64,000 bases of DNA from a virus (lineage: Duplodnaviria > Caudoviricetes), in IMG/VR virus record IMGVR_UViG_3300017589_000080, positions 11,012 through 75,011 of that record, one strand, 5' to 3'. The notes under the pieces were generated by a model. The model saw only the letters and a list, made by a program, of their open reading frames with translations. It was not told the DNA's origin and searched no databases. Each line of letters begins with the position of its first letter. Position 1 is the first letter of the stretch. This document shows, one piece after another, positions 1 to 8,935 of this stretch. Made by a program: the position numbers and the translations under genes.

Positions 1-2
1 AC

Positions 3-896
3 ATTGATACATCACTAACAGGTGATATAACTGGTATTGGTGCTGTTGCTGTTATGGGATATAAATATGTAAATCATTATGACATCAATGAAGGAACAGT
101 TGTCCCAACGAAAGAAATACTGTATAAACATCTTTTCTCTGTTGGTATAAAAGCACCAGCAGGATCAGAAATATCGTTCCAGAAAACAAGAGAGTTCATC
201 TATTATCTTAAGTATGTTTTAGAATACAATATTATTGCAACATCTCTAGATGGTTATCAATCTGCAGATAGTAAGCAACAGTTAATTGTCGCTGGATTTC
301 AAGATTCAACAATTGTATCTCTTGATAGAAAGCCTGACGGATATCTAGTTCTTAAGTCAGCAATGAATGAGAAAAGAATTGCAATGTTAGATATCCCTGA
401 GCTAGAACTTGAAGCAGTTAATCTTGAAAGAGATAATATAACTGGTAAAGTCGATCATAAGATAGATGGTTCTAAGGATTTAATGGATGGTCTTGCAGGA
501 GCAATTTATAATGCATCACTGCACGAAGCAAAACTCAACTTATACCAATCAGAATTTGCAGAGTCTTTCATTGAATATAATGATGACAGTGAAGTCTACG
601 ATGTAAGAGAGAATTTATTACACAATCTTACAATAAGTCCAAGAAGACAAGAAGTTGATCTTGTTCTGGATGATGATAAAAGTGAAGATGAGGATAAAAC
701 TCTGAAAGAGATATTGCAGGAACACATAAAAGATATAAAGAGTGAATCTTTGTTGGAAAATACTAAGAGTCTTACACCAGATGAAATTGAAAGAATCAAA
801 TTTAAGAATTCTAAGAATATGTTTAATGCATTGAAAATAGACAGTAGTACTTTAGAAGATCTTTTTGATGATCCTGACGATTTAATAATGATGTAA
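3..896 (+). CDS. terL: Large terminase subunit, C-terminal nuclease domain (5' end outside window)
   Basis: Frame is open from position 3 (IDTSLTGDITGIGAVAVMG...). Motifs IDxSxxGDxTGI, SLDGYQS and SKDLMDGLAGA are typical of the RNase H-like terminase nuclease domain. Confidence 0.85.
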   Translation: MDTSLTGDITGIGAVAVMGYKYVNHYDINEGTVVPTKEILYKHLFSVGIKAPAGSEISFQKTREFIYYLKYVLEYNIIATSLDGYQSADSKQQLIVAGFQDSTIVSLDRKPDGYLVLKSAMNEKRIAMLDIPELELEAVNLERDNITGKVDHKIDGSKDLMDGLAGAIYNASLHEAKLNLYQSEFAESFIEYNDDSEVYDVRENLLHNLTISPRRQEVDLVLDDDKSEDEDKTLKEILQEHIKDIKSESLLENTKSLTPDEIERIKFKNSKNMFNALKIDSSTLEDLFDDPDDLIMM

Positions 897-916
897 CGAT
901 GTTTTTATTTAGTTTC

Positions 917-960
917 AACGTTGTTAATTATGTAAGTAGGAAATACTTAAATAATGGAGG
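917..960 (+). promoter_or_regulatory. Conserved phage promoter/operator plus RBS motif, copy 1
   Basis: AACGTTGTTAATTATGTAAGTAGGAAATACTTAAATAATGGAGG; near-identical copies at 60622-60665 and 63261-63303 on the - strand, each directly upstream of a gene. Confidence 0.8.
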
Positions 961-965
961 ACGAA

Positions 966-1355
966 ATGAAACAACAAACATACACTAAGAAGTATAATGA
1001 GAAGACAAAATTATATGTTGTAAGCTGTGATGGAGTATTCGCTGGAAATGCCAGAACGTTGGAAGAAGCTGACGAGGTTATCAAAGATGATGTCTTAGAA
1101 AAGCTTGGAGAAGTCAGAAGAGATTATCCTGAATACAATGTTGACTTTGAGAACATTCTAGCATACTTATACCAGAACACATCAAGTGGAATCATGTACT
1201 ACTGTCGTGATGGGAGTCCTTTTGTGGAAGCCAACTTATTAAAGATGACTACTGAAGAAGCTTTAGCTCTGGCTCATAAATTTAATAAATTTGATATTAA
1301 TGATCCTAAGAATTCTGATCGTAATGTTTGGAAGGTTGGATATATTAAAAAGTAA
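966..1355 (+). CDS. Hypothetical protein (probably early gene)
   Basis: ORF track 954-1355; start moved to ATG 966 because GGAGG lies at 956-960. Confidence 0.7.
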   Translation: MKQQTYTKKYNEKTKLYVVSCDGVFAGNARTLEEADEVIKDDVLEKLGEVRRDYPEYNVDFENILAYLYQNTSSGIMYYCRDGSPFVEANLLKMTTEEALALAHKFNKFDINDPKNSDRNVWKVGYIKK

Positions 1356-1471
1356 TATCAAAGACATTGAATTAGCTTATAATCGCTTGATTTAAACGTG
1401 TTAATAAGTTTATTGAACAAGCGTTAGGTGCTAAAATAAAAGATGCTTAAAGTCAAATTTATTAAAAGGAA

Positions 1472-1897
1472 ATGGTAATGAAAAATTATTTAAACAAGGC
1501 TGACACTGATTGCATTATGATTATTTCTGGTCTATACAGAAGATTAGAACAGAAGCTAAGATTACAAACTGACATTGACAAGGAAGAAAAGAAGTACTTA
1601 AGTTTTGTTAAGACATACTGTTTAAAACATATTGACTTTATCTCAAATAATCTTGCTGAAAACGAGCTTAAGAAACTCTTAAAGTATAATGAGAATTATG
1701 AAGTTAATGTTACAGCTAAGGGTTCAACAAGATTCAATGCTAAAGATTATGATAATCTTAGAAACTATGTTATTGCTGATAAATGCAATAATTGTAATGG
1801 TGAATTGAAACTTAGTTGTGAACTTAGGAATATCTTAAGTGGGTATGATGAAAATGAAACTGATAAGTGCAAATTCTGTAAGATAGAGGTGGCTTAA
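1472..1897 (+). CDS. Hypothetical protein with C-terminal Cys cluster (DUF5651-like)
   Basis: MKNYLNK start (alternative ATG 1478); CNNC...C...CKFC near the C-terminus resembles Firmicutes phage DUF5651 proteins from memory. Confidence 0.5.
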   Translation: MVMKNYLNKADTDCIMIISGLYRRLEQKLRLQTDIDKEEKKYLSFVKTYCLKHIDFISNNLAENELKKLLKYNENYEVNVTAKGSTRFNAKDYDNLRNYVIADKCNNCNGELKLSCELRNILSGYDENETDKCKFCKIEVA

Positions 1898-2094
1898 TGA
1901 AGAGATCATATATTATAGTTATGAGAGATAGAAGTTATCAAGAAGTCTATGGCAGTCTTAAAAACGTTTTACTGTATGCTAATAGTAATTACGAAAATAA
2001 ATGGGACTTCTTGTGTAAGCGTAAGCTTATTTCATTTAAAGGATATGGATCTTTTCCATATAATGATAAGATTGGAGATAAAGTTGTGCTTTAA
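1897..2094 (+). CDS. Hypothetical protein
   Basis: 65-aa ORF, start overlaps upstream stop (TAATG), GAGGTGG RBS. Confidence 0.6.
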   Translation: MKRSYIIVMRDRSYQEVYGSLKNVLLYANSNYENKWDFLCKRKLISFKGYGSFPYNDKIGDKVVL

Positions 2095-2118
2095 AAATAA
2101 AATTAGGTTGGTAGACAT

Positions 2119-3429
2119 ATGGACATAAGAGTTGTAGGCAGAGATATCTGTGCCGATGATATTAATATATTTGAGATCACTAATGATGGTCTTGAATATA
2201 TTAATTTTATTTTTGACCGTTATTCTGATGGTGTAGATCTATCAACTAGATTTGCATTTATTGTGTATAGACTTTCAACGGAGGTCTTGGTTGAACCTTT
2301 AATATTCGTAACATCTAACAGTGATACTGTAACTGTTAAATGGGGTATCGGAAAATCATTAACCAAGAACTTTGGAAGGTTTGAATTCAATTTAACCTTT
2401 ATTGAATCTGACAATATAAATATTGTTCTAGTCGATGAAAGTGCATGGTCAACAAGACTTAGTCATTTTGATATAATGCACGATGGTTCAGAACATGTAA
2501 ATGATTTAGACCTAACTTTCTTAGTTAACAATGATACTGTTACTTATGTAAATTGTGACTATGATGGAAACCCTGATATTGGATGGGAAGATGCAAGTGT
2601 AAATACTTTATCTCTTCTTAGGAATGGCATAAAGATGGTACCTGTTCCAGAAGATGCGACAGAAGTATTATACAATCAATTTAAATACAAGATATCTTCA
2701 TCAGTAAGGTGTACAGGAGAAAGAGTTAGCAACAGTTCTTTTAAATGTGTTTATCTTACTGAAGACAGTGGTTATCTTAATATCGATGTAACTGTATTAG
2801 AAGGTACAACGAGAAAGATCTTTAGGTTTGTAAAGTACAAGAAAAATAAACCTGGAGAAAGTTCTAAGACCTTATCTATTATTGGTACATCTGTTTTTAA
2901 GTATAACAAAGACAATTTCCTTATTGCAGAGCCAAGTACAATAATTCTTACAGCTCTAATGCAGAATACTAACATGGGATATTGGATGTACAAGAATATA
3001 GATGGTATCTATAATATTTTCTATCCTTCTCAGAATAATGATACATTAGAAATAGCACATGACTCTCCAATCTTTGTAGATAATAGTGTTACTCTAAGAG
3101 CTGTCGATTCTTCAGGAACTGCTGCAGACATCTTTACAATTAGTAAATTATTTGATGGTGAAGATAATTACAGATTAGAGATTATCTCCTCAAAAGGAAA
3201 TATCTTTAAGAATGGCGATATTGAAACAATTCTTACAGCTGTGGCTTATAAAGGAGACATTGATGTAACAGATACACTTAATATGACAAGTTTTAGATGG
3301 TTAAGATCATCAAAGGATCAAGAGTCAGATGATCTGTGGAATGCTGCACATGCAGGTGGAACGAAGACAATAAATATAACGACAAATGACGTTCTTGGAA
3401 GAGCATCATTTACATGTGTACTAACTTAA
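2119..3429 (+). CDS. Tail/baseplate-associated structural protein (BppU-like N-terminus)
   Basis: N-terminal beta-rich region resembles BppU; C-terminal SSKGNIFKNG..LTAVAYKG repeat is shared with the next two genes. Confidence 0.55.
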   Translation: MDIRVVGRDICADDINIFEITNDGLEYINFIFDRYSDGVDLSTRFAFIVYRLSTEVLVEPLIFVTSNSDTVTVKWGIGKSLTKNFGRFEFNLTFIESDNINIVLVDESAWSTRLSHFDIMHDGSEHVNDLDLTFLVNNDTVTYVNCDYDGNPDIGWEDASVNTLSLLRNGIKMVPVPEDATEVLYNQFKYKISSSVRCTGERVSNSSFKCVYLTEDSGYLNIDVTVLEGTTRKIFRFVKYKKNKPGESSKTLSIIGTSVFKYNKDNFLIAEPSTIILTALMQNTNMGYWMYKNIDGIYNIFYPSQNNDTLEIAHDSPIFVDNSVTLRAVDSSGTAADIFTISKLFDGEDNYRLEIISSKGNIFKNGDIETILTAVAYKGDIDVTDTLNMTSFRWLRSSKDQESDDLWNAAHAGGTKTINITTNDVLGRASFTCVLT

Positions 3430-3447
3430 AGAAAGAGGTAAATTTTT

Positions 3448-4569
3448 ATGGCTAAGGCAACAGGACAGATAACAATAATTGATTATAATGATGCACTCTC
3501 ATTAACTGGTTTTATTGGTTCAAGTCATCCGAAGACACAACAATACAATCCAGATAATGGTCAGTACATCCCATCATGGGATACAGCAACAGCTCCAGCA
3601 GGAGTTAATCTAATACTTACACCATCATTGTTTATTCTCGGAACGTCTTCAGATATTATTTCTGATGCAAATATCCAGAGTATTCAGTGGTTCGAAGTTA
3701 ACTCAGGAACTGAGACAGCAATACTTGGATCTACAACAAATTATACAGCAAGTGCTTTAAATGGAAAGTCACCAATAACTTTAACAGTTAAAAAGAATGT
3801 ACTGGCTGGACTAACTGGTAAAGACTTTATCTGTAAGATTGTTTACAGAGATCCAACGACTCTTCTTGACTTGGTTTATAAGACAAGCTTATCAATGAAC
3901 AGAGTTGTTAATGGTGGTGGTATTGCAGATGCAGTAGCATGGTGTCCAGATGGTAACATATTTAAAAATACATCAGTTGCAACAATAAGAGCAACCTGTG
4001 ACTTCTGGAGAGGTTCCTTAATTGACTCTTCATTGGTTGGTTTCCAATGGTTTGTTCAAGATCCTTCAATAACAAATTTATCTGGAGCAACTCTTTACGA
4101 TGCTGGGGCAGGAGAAGGATGGAGAAAACTTGCTGACGTTTCCAATAGTATTACAGGAACAGGAACAAGCAGTATGTTAGTATATAATTCATTTGTTCAG
4201 AACATGTCAGTCTTCAAAGTTAAAGTCTCAGATAATGATTCAACAACAAATCAGGTAACCCAATTTTATTATGATACAGTTGTTATAGTTGATCAATCAG
4301 ATCTAATTCAACTCAGTGTCATGAGTTCTGGTGGGGATATCTTTAAGAACGGAGTTGGACCAACAACTTTAACTGCAAAAGTATTTAGAGCAGGTACGGA
4401 TATTACATCAACTTTTGCTGCATCAAGTTATAGGTGGTATAAGTATAATAAACTTGGCAATCTTGTAACACTTTGGGGTACAACAGTTGATTATAAAACT
4501 GGATATTCTTTAGTTGTTGATGCAAATGATGTTGATATCAAAGCAACATTTATTTGTGAATTAATCTAA
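3448..4569 (+). CDS. Minor tail structural protein
   Basis: MAKATGQITIIDYNDA N-terminus and DGNIFKN / SGGDIFKNG Ig-like repeats shared with 4582. Confidence 0.65.
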   Translation: MAKATGQITIIDYNDALSLTGFIGSSHPKTQQYNPDNGQYIPSWDTATAPAGVNLILTPSLFILGTSSDIISDANIQSIQWFEVNSGTETAILGSTTNYTASALNGKSPITLTVKKNVLAGLTGKDFICKIVYRDPTTLLDLVYKTSLSMNRVVNGGGIADAVAWCPDGNIFKNTSVATIRATCDFWRGSLIDSSLVGFQWFVQDPSITNLSGATLYDAGAGEGWRKLADVSNSITGTGTSSMLVYNSFVQNMSVFKVKVSDNDSTTNQVTQFYYDTVVIVDQSDLIQLSVMSSGGDIFKNGVGPTTLTAKVFRAGTDITSTFAASSYRWYKYNKLGNLVTLWGTTVDYKTGYSLVVDANDVDIKATFICELI

Positions 4570-4581
4570 AAGGAGATAGAG

Positions 4582-7500
4582 ATGGCAAGAGCAACAGGAC
4601 AGATAACAATAACAGACTTAAATGATGCTAAGACATTAACAATAACAGCCAGTAGTACAGTATTCTCATATGATCCAGATAATGTTGTATCTCCATCTTC
4701 AATTGTCTTAACTGCTACTGGTGTTAATACTGAAAGTTCCGTCTATGTCTGGTCTTATTACAATGGATCAGCATGGGTAACTATTTCTGGATCAACGAAC
4801 ACAATAACAATACCAAGCAGTGCTACTTATTTTACAGACAGCACTTTATTGATAAAAGCTACTATTGCTTTTGATGGAGTATCTAACCAGATAACTCTAT
4901 CTAAAGTACATGATGGATTTCCTCCTGTAGACATTGATATTGAGACTAATCTTGGAACTATCTTTAAGAATGCCTTAGATACAGAGTACTTAACAGCTAA
5001 GTTAAATATGGTTCAAAAAGGTGTTGTTGTAACAGGAACTCCATATCAATGGTACTACAGAGATGCTTCTCAATTAACTGACATTGGTGGTGGTGTTGGA
5101 TGGAAAGTTTGTGCCAATGCAACCAACAGTTATGCAGGTGCAACAACAAGCACTTTGACAGTTTATGCTATTAATGTTCCAGGGGTTCAATCATTTAAAG
5201 GTAAGGTAACCTATAAAGGAGTTGTCTATTATTCTTCTGTTACATTTCTTGATCAGACAGATAACTTACAAGTTATTATAGAGTCTTCAAATGGTGACTT
5301 CTTTAAGAACGGAATTGTCTCTTCAACATTAACTGCAAGAATATATCAGAATGGTGGGATAATAACTTCTGGATATACTTACGCATGGACAAGAGTTGAC
5401 AAAGATGGAAATTCTGTTGCATGGTCAAAGACAACTGCATCATGTACTATTTCAATCTCAGATGTTGATGAACGTTCTACTTTCTGGGTTGAGATAAAAG
5501 AAGGAACAAATGTAAGAGCTAGGAATTTTAAAACAATAACTGATGTAAATGACATCACTATTTCAGATACTCCTCCAAGTAATCCAATAATGGATCAACA
5601 GTGGTTTGACTCCTCAGATAGAACCTTAAAATCATGGAATGGTTCTTTTTGGATCAGTGTCAATAACTTTGGAAGTTTGGGAGAAGTAACAGGTTCAGGA
5701 ATAAGTTTTACAGGATCACAGAATTCAGTAGCTACCATTACCAAGATTGAAGGTAACACAGATTATGAGGTAAGTGTAGGAAGTACCAACCTTTATGACT
5801 TAGATCTATTTATGACAACTCCCGACGGATATACTTGTGTTCCAGTGGATCATATCTTAGAACATGGTAAGGTTTATAACTGCTCAGCAAATACAGCTGT
5901 GTGGATGAAATTAACTGATGCTCATAGTAGTGGGTCTAGTTGCTTTGAAATACAGTCAACAACAGGAACTTTTACATACAATTCAGCTTATAAGTATTTA
6001 TACATTGGGATTAACACAGGAGTCATTCCTACAAGAGCGACTTTAGCTACTTATAGCATTATGCTAAATGAAGGGTCATCTGCTCTGGCTTATGTGCCTT
6101 TTATTCCTACAAGACCTTCAGTTAAATATCCATCAATAATTAAATCATCTTTTGACACAATAACAGGAAATTATCTAGGGACTACAGGATATCAAAAGAA
6201 TCTACTTCCAGATAGTAAGATAAATATGACAAGTGGGGTTTATGGTTTTGGAGAGAGAACTCTTACTACTATTCTTAAGAAAAACACAACATATACTGTA
6301 ACAGTAAATGGTAATAAAGGAACTAGTAATGGGAATCTAATGATACACATGGTAATAGGAAGCTATCATTGGGCAATGAGTACTTTTATAGACTCATTAA
6401 CTAATAGCACTATACAGTATACATTCACTTTACCTGATACGCACAATGTTCTTTGGGATAGAATAGTGTTACTCTATTATAATTATCCTGGAGGAAGTAC
6501 AGGAGTAGTAACAGTTAATTGGGTAACTTTAGTAGAAGGATCTACAGCTCCTTTAACATGGTTCCCTTCAGTTTGGGATGCCACCACAGATGCTACAGTG
6601 CTTAAGTTGCCTTACCCTGTAACAGCTCCTTTAAGATCAGTGGGAACTGTACGAGATAGCATTGAAGGCAATATTTTAACAAGAAGAGTGGGAGCACTAT
6701 CAAAACCTAGTGTTGTGGAGTATTTTTCAATGTACTCGGATAGTAAGTATGCATGTTATGCATGGAGAATGGGAAATTTAACAACAATTAAAGATAATTG
6801 GCAATCAGGAAAATGTAATTACTTTAATGCTGTAGATTCTATCTGGAATTATAGTAAATCAGGCTTTACTATTCAAAATAGTGTTGGAAATAATACAGGC
6901 TACATTTGGTTTAAGGTACTTAAGCAATTAACTCCTAACAATACTTCTGCTGAGTTCGTCTCTTTGTTAGGTTCAGACTTTAAAATATTATATGAGTTAC
7001 CAACACCAACCACTGAGTACATTAGTAATATTCAAATTCCTACTTTTGATCCTAAGACAGAAGTATTCTCCAATAATGTAATAGAACCTTATTATACCTT
7101 GGACTTTAAACCTAAGGGATGGGCTGAGCTAAATAATCAAATCATCTCTGAGAGAAGTAAAATAGATACTGTTATCTCTGACTTAACAACGACTAAGGGA
7201 AGTTTGGTACAGTCCCAAGACATACTCAAAACTATTCAAACAGATATAGGAGGGGTTCACACTCAAATAAATCAATGGGTAGCTGATTATGCTAAGGTTG
7301 GTGGGTACAACAGAATTCCGAACTCTACAGGTAGAAATGGAATTGTTGGGTGGACTGGAGTAGTGTTAGCAACACCACCTCAGTTTGATACTCAGTCAGG
7401 ATCACATTTTACAACCAATGGGACATCTTTTGTATCTCCATCATTTCTAATAACAGTAAGTACAAACTACACATATTCATTAAAGATTAAAGCACCTGTT

Positions 7501-8076
7501 ACCAATGCATCTGTTAAGTGGAATATCTCCATACAGGTTGTTACAGCATTAGGAACGACAACTTATCCCTTAATAACAAATATTGCAGTGGATAGTACGC
7601 AAGTAATGAATTATTCCAAGTCTTTCACTTTGTCTCCAGGAAGTAAAATCTTAAGTGCTTATATTGTAGGGTCTTGTACTGGAGGAACAGCTTCAATTTA
7701 TCTAGCAGATATGATATTAAATGAAGGGGTTACCCAACTCTACTGGTCACAGGCTGAAAATGAGGTCTTTGGTGGTAATGTTAAAATTGATGCGGATGGT
7801 GTAATGGTTGGTCAATATGATCCTACCAACCCTCCTGCAGAAGGAACAATGAGATCTTTTACAGTAATGGATGCAGATGAGTTTTCTGTTTACTACTCAG
7901 ATACATCACTGGTGAAGAAACCTGAACATAAGGTTCTTACCTTTGCACAAGAGTTGTCAATACTTAAGAAAACAAAAGTAATGGACTCTTTAGAAATTGG
8001 AGATAACTCTGGTAGTGGTCAAAGTACAAGATTAGTACCACGTATTAATGGTCTAGATATAGTTATAATAGATTAA
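4582..8076 (+). CDS. Large tail protein (Ig-like repeats, carbohydrate-binding-like modules, coiled coil)
   Basis: MARATGQITITDLNDA start paralogous to 3448; IFKN repeats; DTPPSNP..DQQWFD motif; QKNLLPDS and GYNRIPNS modules of Firmicutes phage tail proteins. Confidence 0.7.
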   Translation: MARATGQITITDLNDAKTLTITASSTVFSYDPDNVVSPSSIVLTATGVNTESSVYVWSYYNGSAWVTISGSTNTITIPSSATYFTDSTLLIKATIAFDGVSNQITLSKVHDGFPPVDIDIETNLGTIFKNALDTEYLTAKLNMVQKGVVVTGTPYQWYYRDASQLTDIGGGVGWKVCANATNSYAGATTSTLTVYAINVPGVQSFKGKVTYKGVVYYSSVTFLDQTDNLQVIIESSNGDFFKNGIVSSTLTARIYQNGGIITSGYTYAWTRVDKDGNSVAWSKTTASCTISISDVDERSTFWVEIKEGTNVRARNFKTITDVNDITISDTPPSNPIMDQQWFDSSDRTLKSWNGSFWISVNNFGSLGEVTGSGISFTGSQNSVATITKIEGNTDYEVSVGSTNLYDLDLFMTTPDGYTCVPVDHILEHGKVYNCSANTAVWMKLTDAHSSGSSCFEIQSTTGTFTYNSAYKYLYIGINTGVIPTRATLATYSIMLNEGSSALAYVPFIPTRPSVKYPSIIKSSFDTITGNYLGTTGYQKNLLPDSKINMTSGVYGFGERTLTTILKKNTTYTVTVNGNKGTSNGNLMIHMVIGSYHWAMSTFIDSLTNSTIQYTFTLPDTHNVLWDRIVLLYYNYPGGSTGVVTVNWVTLVEGSTAPLTWFPSVWDATTDATVLKLPYPVTAPLRSVGTVRDSIEGNILTRRVGALSKPSVVEYFSMYSDSKYACYAWRMGNLTTIKDNWQSGKCNYFNAVDSIWNYSKSGFTIQNSVGNNTGYIWFKVLKQLTPNNTSAEFVSLLGSDFKILYELPTPTTEYISNIQIPTFDPKTEVFSNNVIEPYYTLDFKPKGWAELNNQIISERSKIDTVISDLTTTKGSLVQSQDILKTIQTDIGGVHTQINQWVADYAKVGGYNRIPNSTGRNGIVGWTGVVLATPPQFDTQSGSHFTTNGTSFVSPSFLITVSTNYTYSLKIKAPVTNASVKWNISIQVVTALGTTTYPLITNIAVDSTQVMNYSKSFTLSPGSKILSAYIVGSCTGGTASIYLADMILNEGVTQLYWSQAENEVFGGNVKIDADGVMVGQYDPTNPPAEGTMRSFTVMDADEFSVYYSDTSLVKKPEHKVLTFAQELSILKKTKVMDSLEIGDNSGSGQSTRLVPRINGLDIVIID

Positions 8077-8089
8077 ATGGAGGTTAGCA

Positions 8090-8509
8090 ATGGCAATAAT
8101 TAAAACACTTACAGATAAGAATGGAATAGAAGGGTCTTATACAAGAATCTCTAATATTGAGATTAATTATGATACGGGTTATATAAATGTTGAAGTAAAG
8201 ATTTATACAGATAAATCTTATCGAGAATTGGAGATACAGGAGAAATTGGATAAAGATACTCTATATAAAGAGTATCTTAGGTTGACAGATTTAAAACTTC
8301 AATCTGTCACTGATGATTCCATAATATTAACAGGGGATGAAATAGTCTTAGTTAGTAAATCAGAGAATGAAATATTGGAGATTGAACTTTTAGATCGTTT
8401 TATTGATAAGAGGTGCTTTGGTCTTCCAATAGTTTCCGACATTAGAAACATAATTTATGATAGGTTATCCACCAATGTACAGATCTATCAAGAAAGTGAA
8501 CAGGTGTGA
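8090..8509 (+). CDS. Tail-associated hypothetical protein (paralog of 8513)
   Basis: MAI..L.D..G....Y.RI pattern shared with the next ORF; GGAGG RBS. Confidence 0.55.
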   Translation: MAIIKTLTDKNGIEGSYTRISNIEINYDTGYINVEVKIYTDKSYRELEIQEKLDKDTLYKEYLRLTDLKLQSVTDDSIILTGDEIVLVSKSENEILEIELLDRFIDKRCFGLPIVSDIRNIIYDRLSTNVQIYQESEQV

Positions 8510-8512
8510 ATA

Positions 8513-8935
8513 ATGGCAATTGGTGTTAGTCTAGTAGATGATGTTGGCACAATATGTAATTATCATAGAATAAATAAATTATCATATTTTGTAGATGAAA
8601 ATAAACTTTGGGTAACTATTGATGAGTATCGGGATAGTACCTTTAGAGATCTGGAGAAAGCTCAGATAGACAGTAATATTGCTGATCTTAGAGAGTATAT
8701 TGATCTAATAACTAAAGAAGATCTTGATGAGTACGAAAAATTAAGAATTACTAAGATAAATCCTCTTGAGTTAGTGGCAAACAAATATGATAAGTTTAAT
8801 AGTAAGGTTAATAGCGTTGAATTGCCTATTACAGAGGATATTAGAGAGGAAGTATACAGGCGTTTGCTGTTAGAAATAGAAGACTTTAAAGATGGTGTTT
8901 CCGACAATATAGTGGAGGTTACCAATGGCATATAA
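8513..8935 (+). CDS. Tail-associated hypothetical protein (paralog of 8090)
   Basis: Similar length and N-terminal pattern to 8090-8509. Confidence 0.55.
   Translation: MAIGVSLVDDVGTICNYHRINKLSYFVDENKLWVTIDEYRDSTFRDLEKAQIDSNIADLREYIDLITKEDLDEYEKLRITKINPLELVANKYDKFNSKVNSVELPITEDIREEVYRRLLLEIEDFKDGVSDNIVEVTNGI

Noticed and set aside
1356-1460. Two short frames that would join into IKDIELAYNRLIKRVNKFIEQALGAKIKDA with a 1-nt deletion
   Set aside because: No start or RBS and too short to support a pseudogene or frameshift call.
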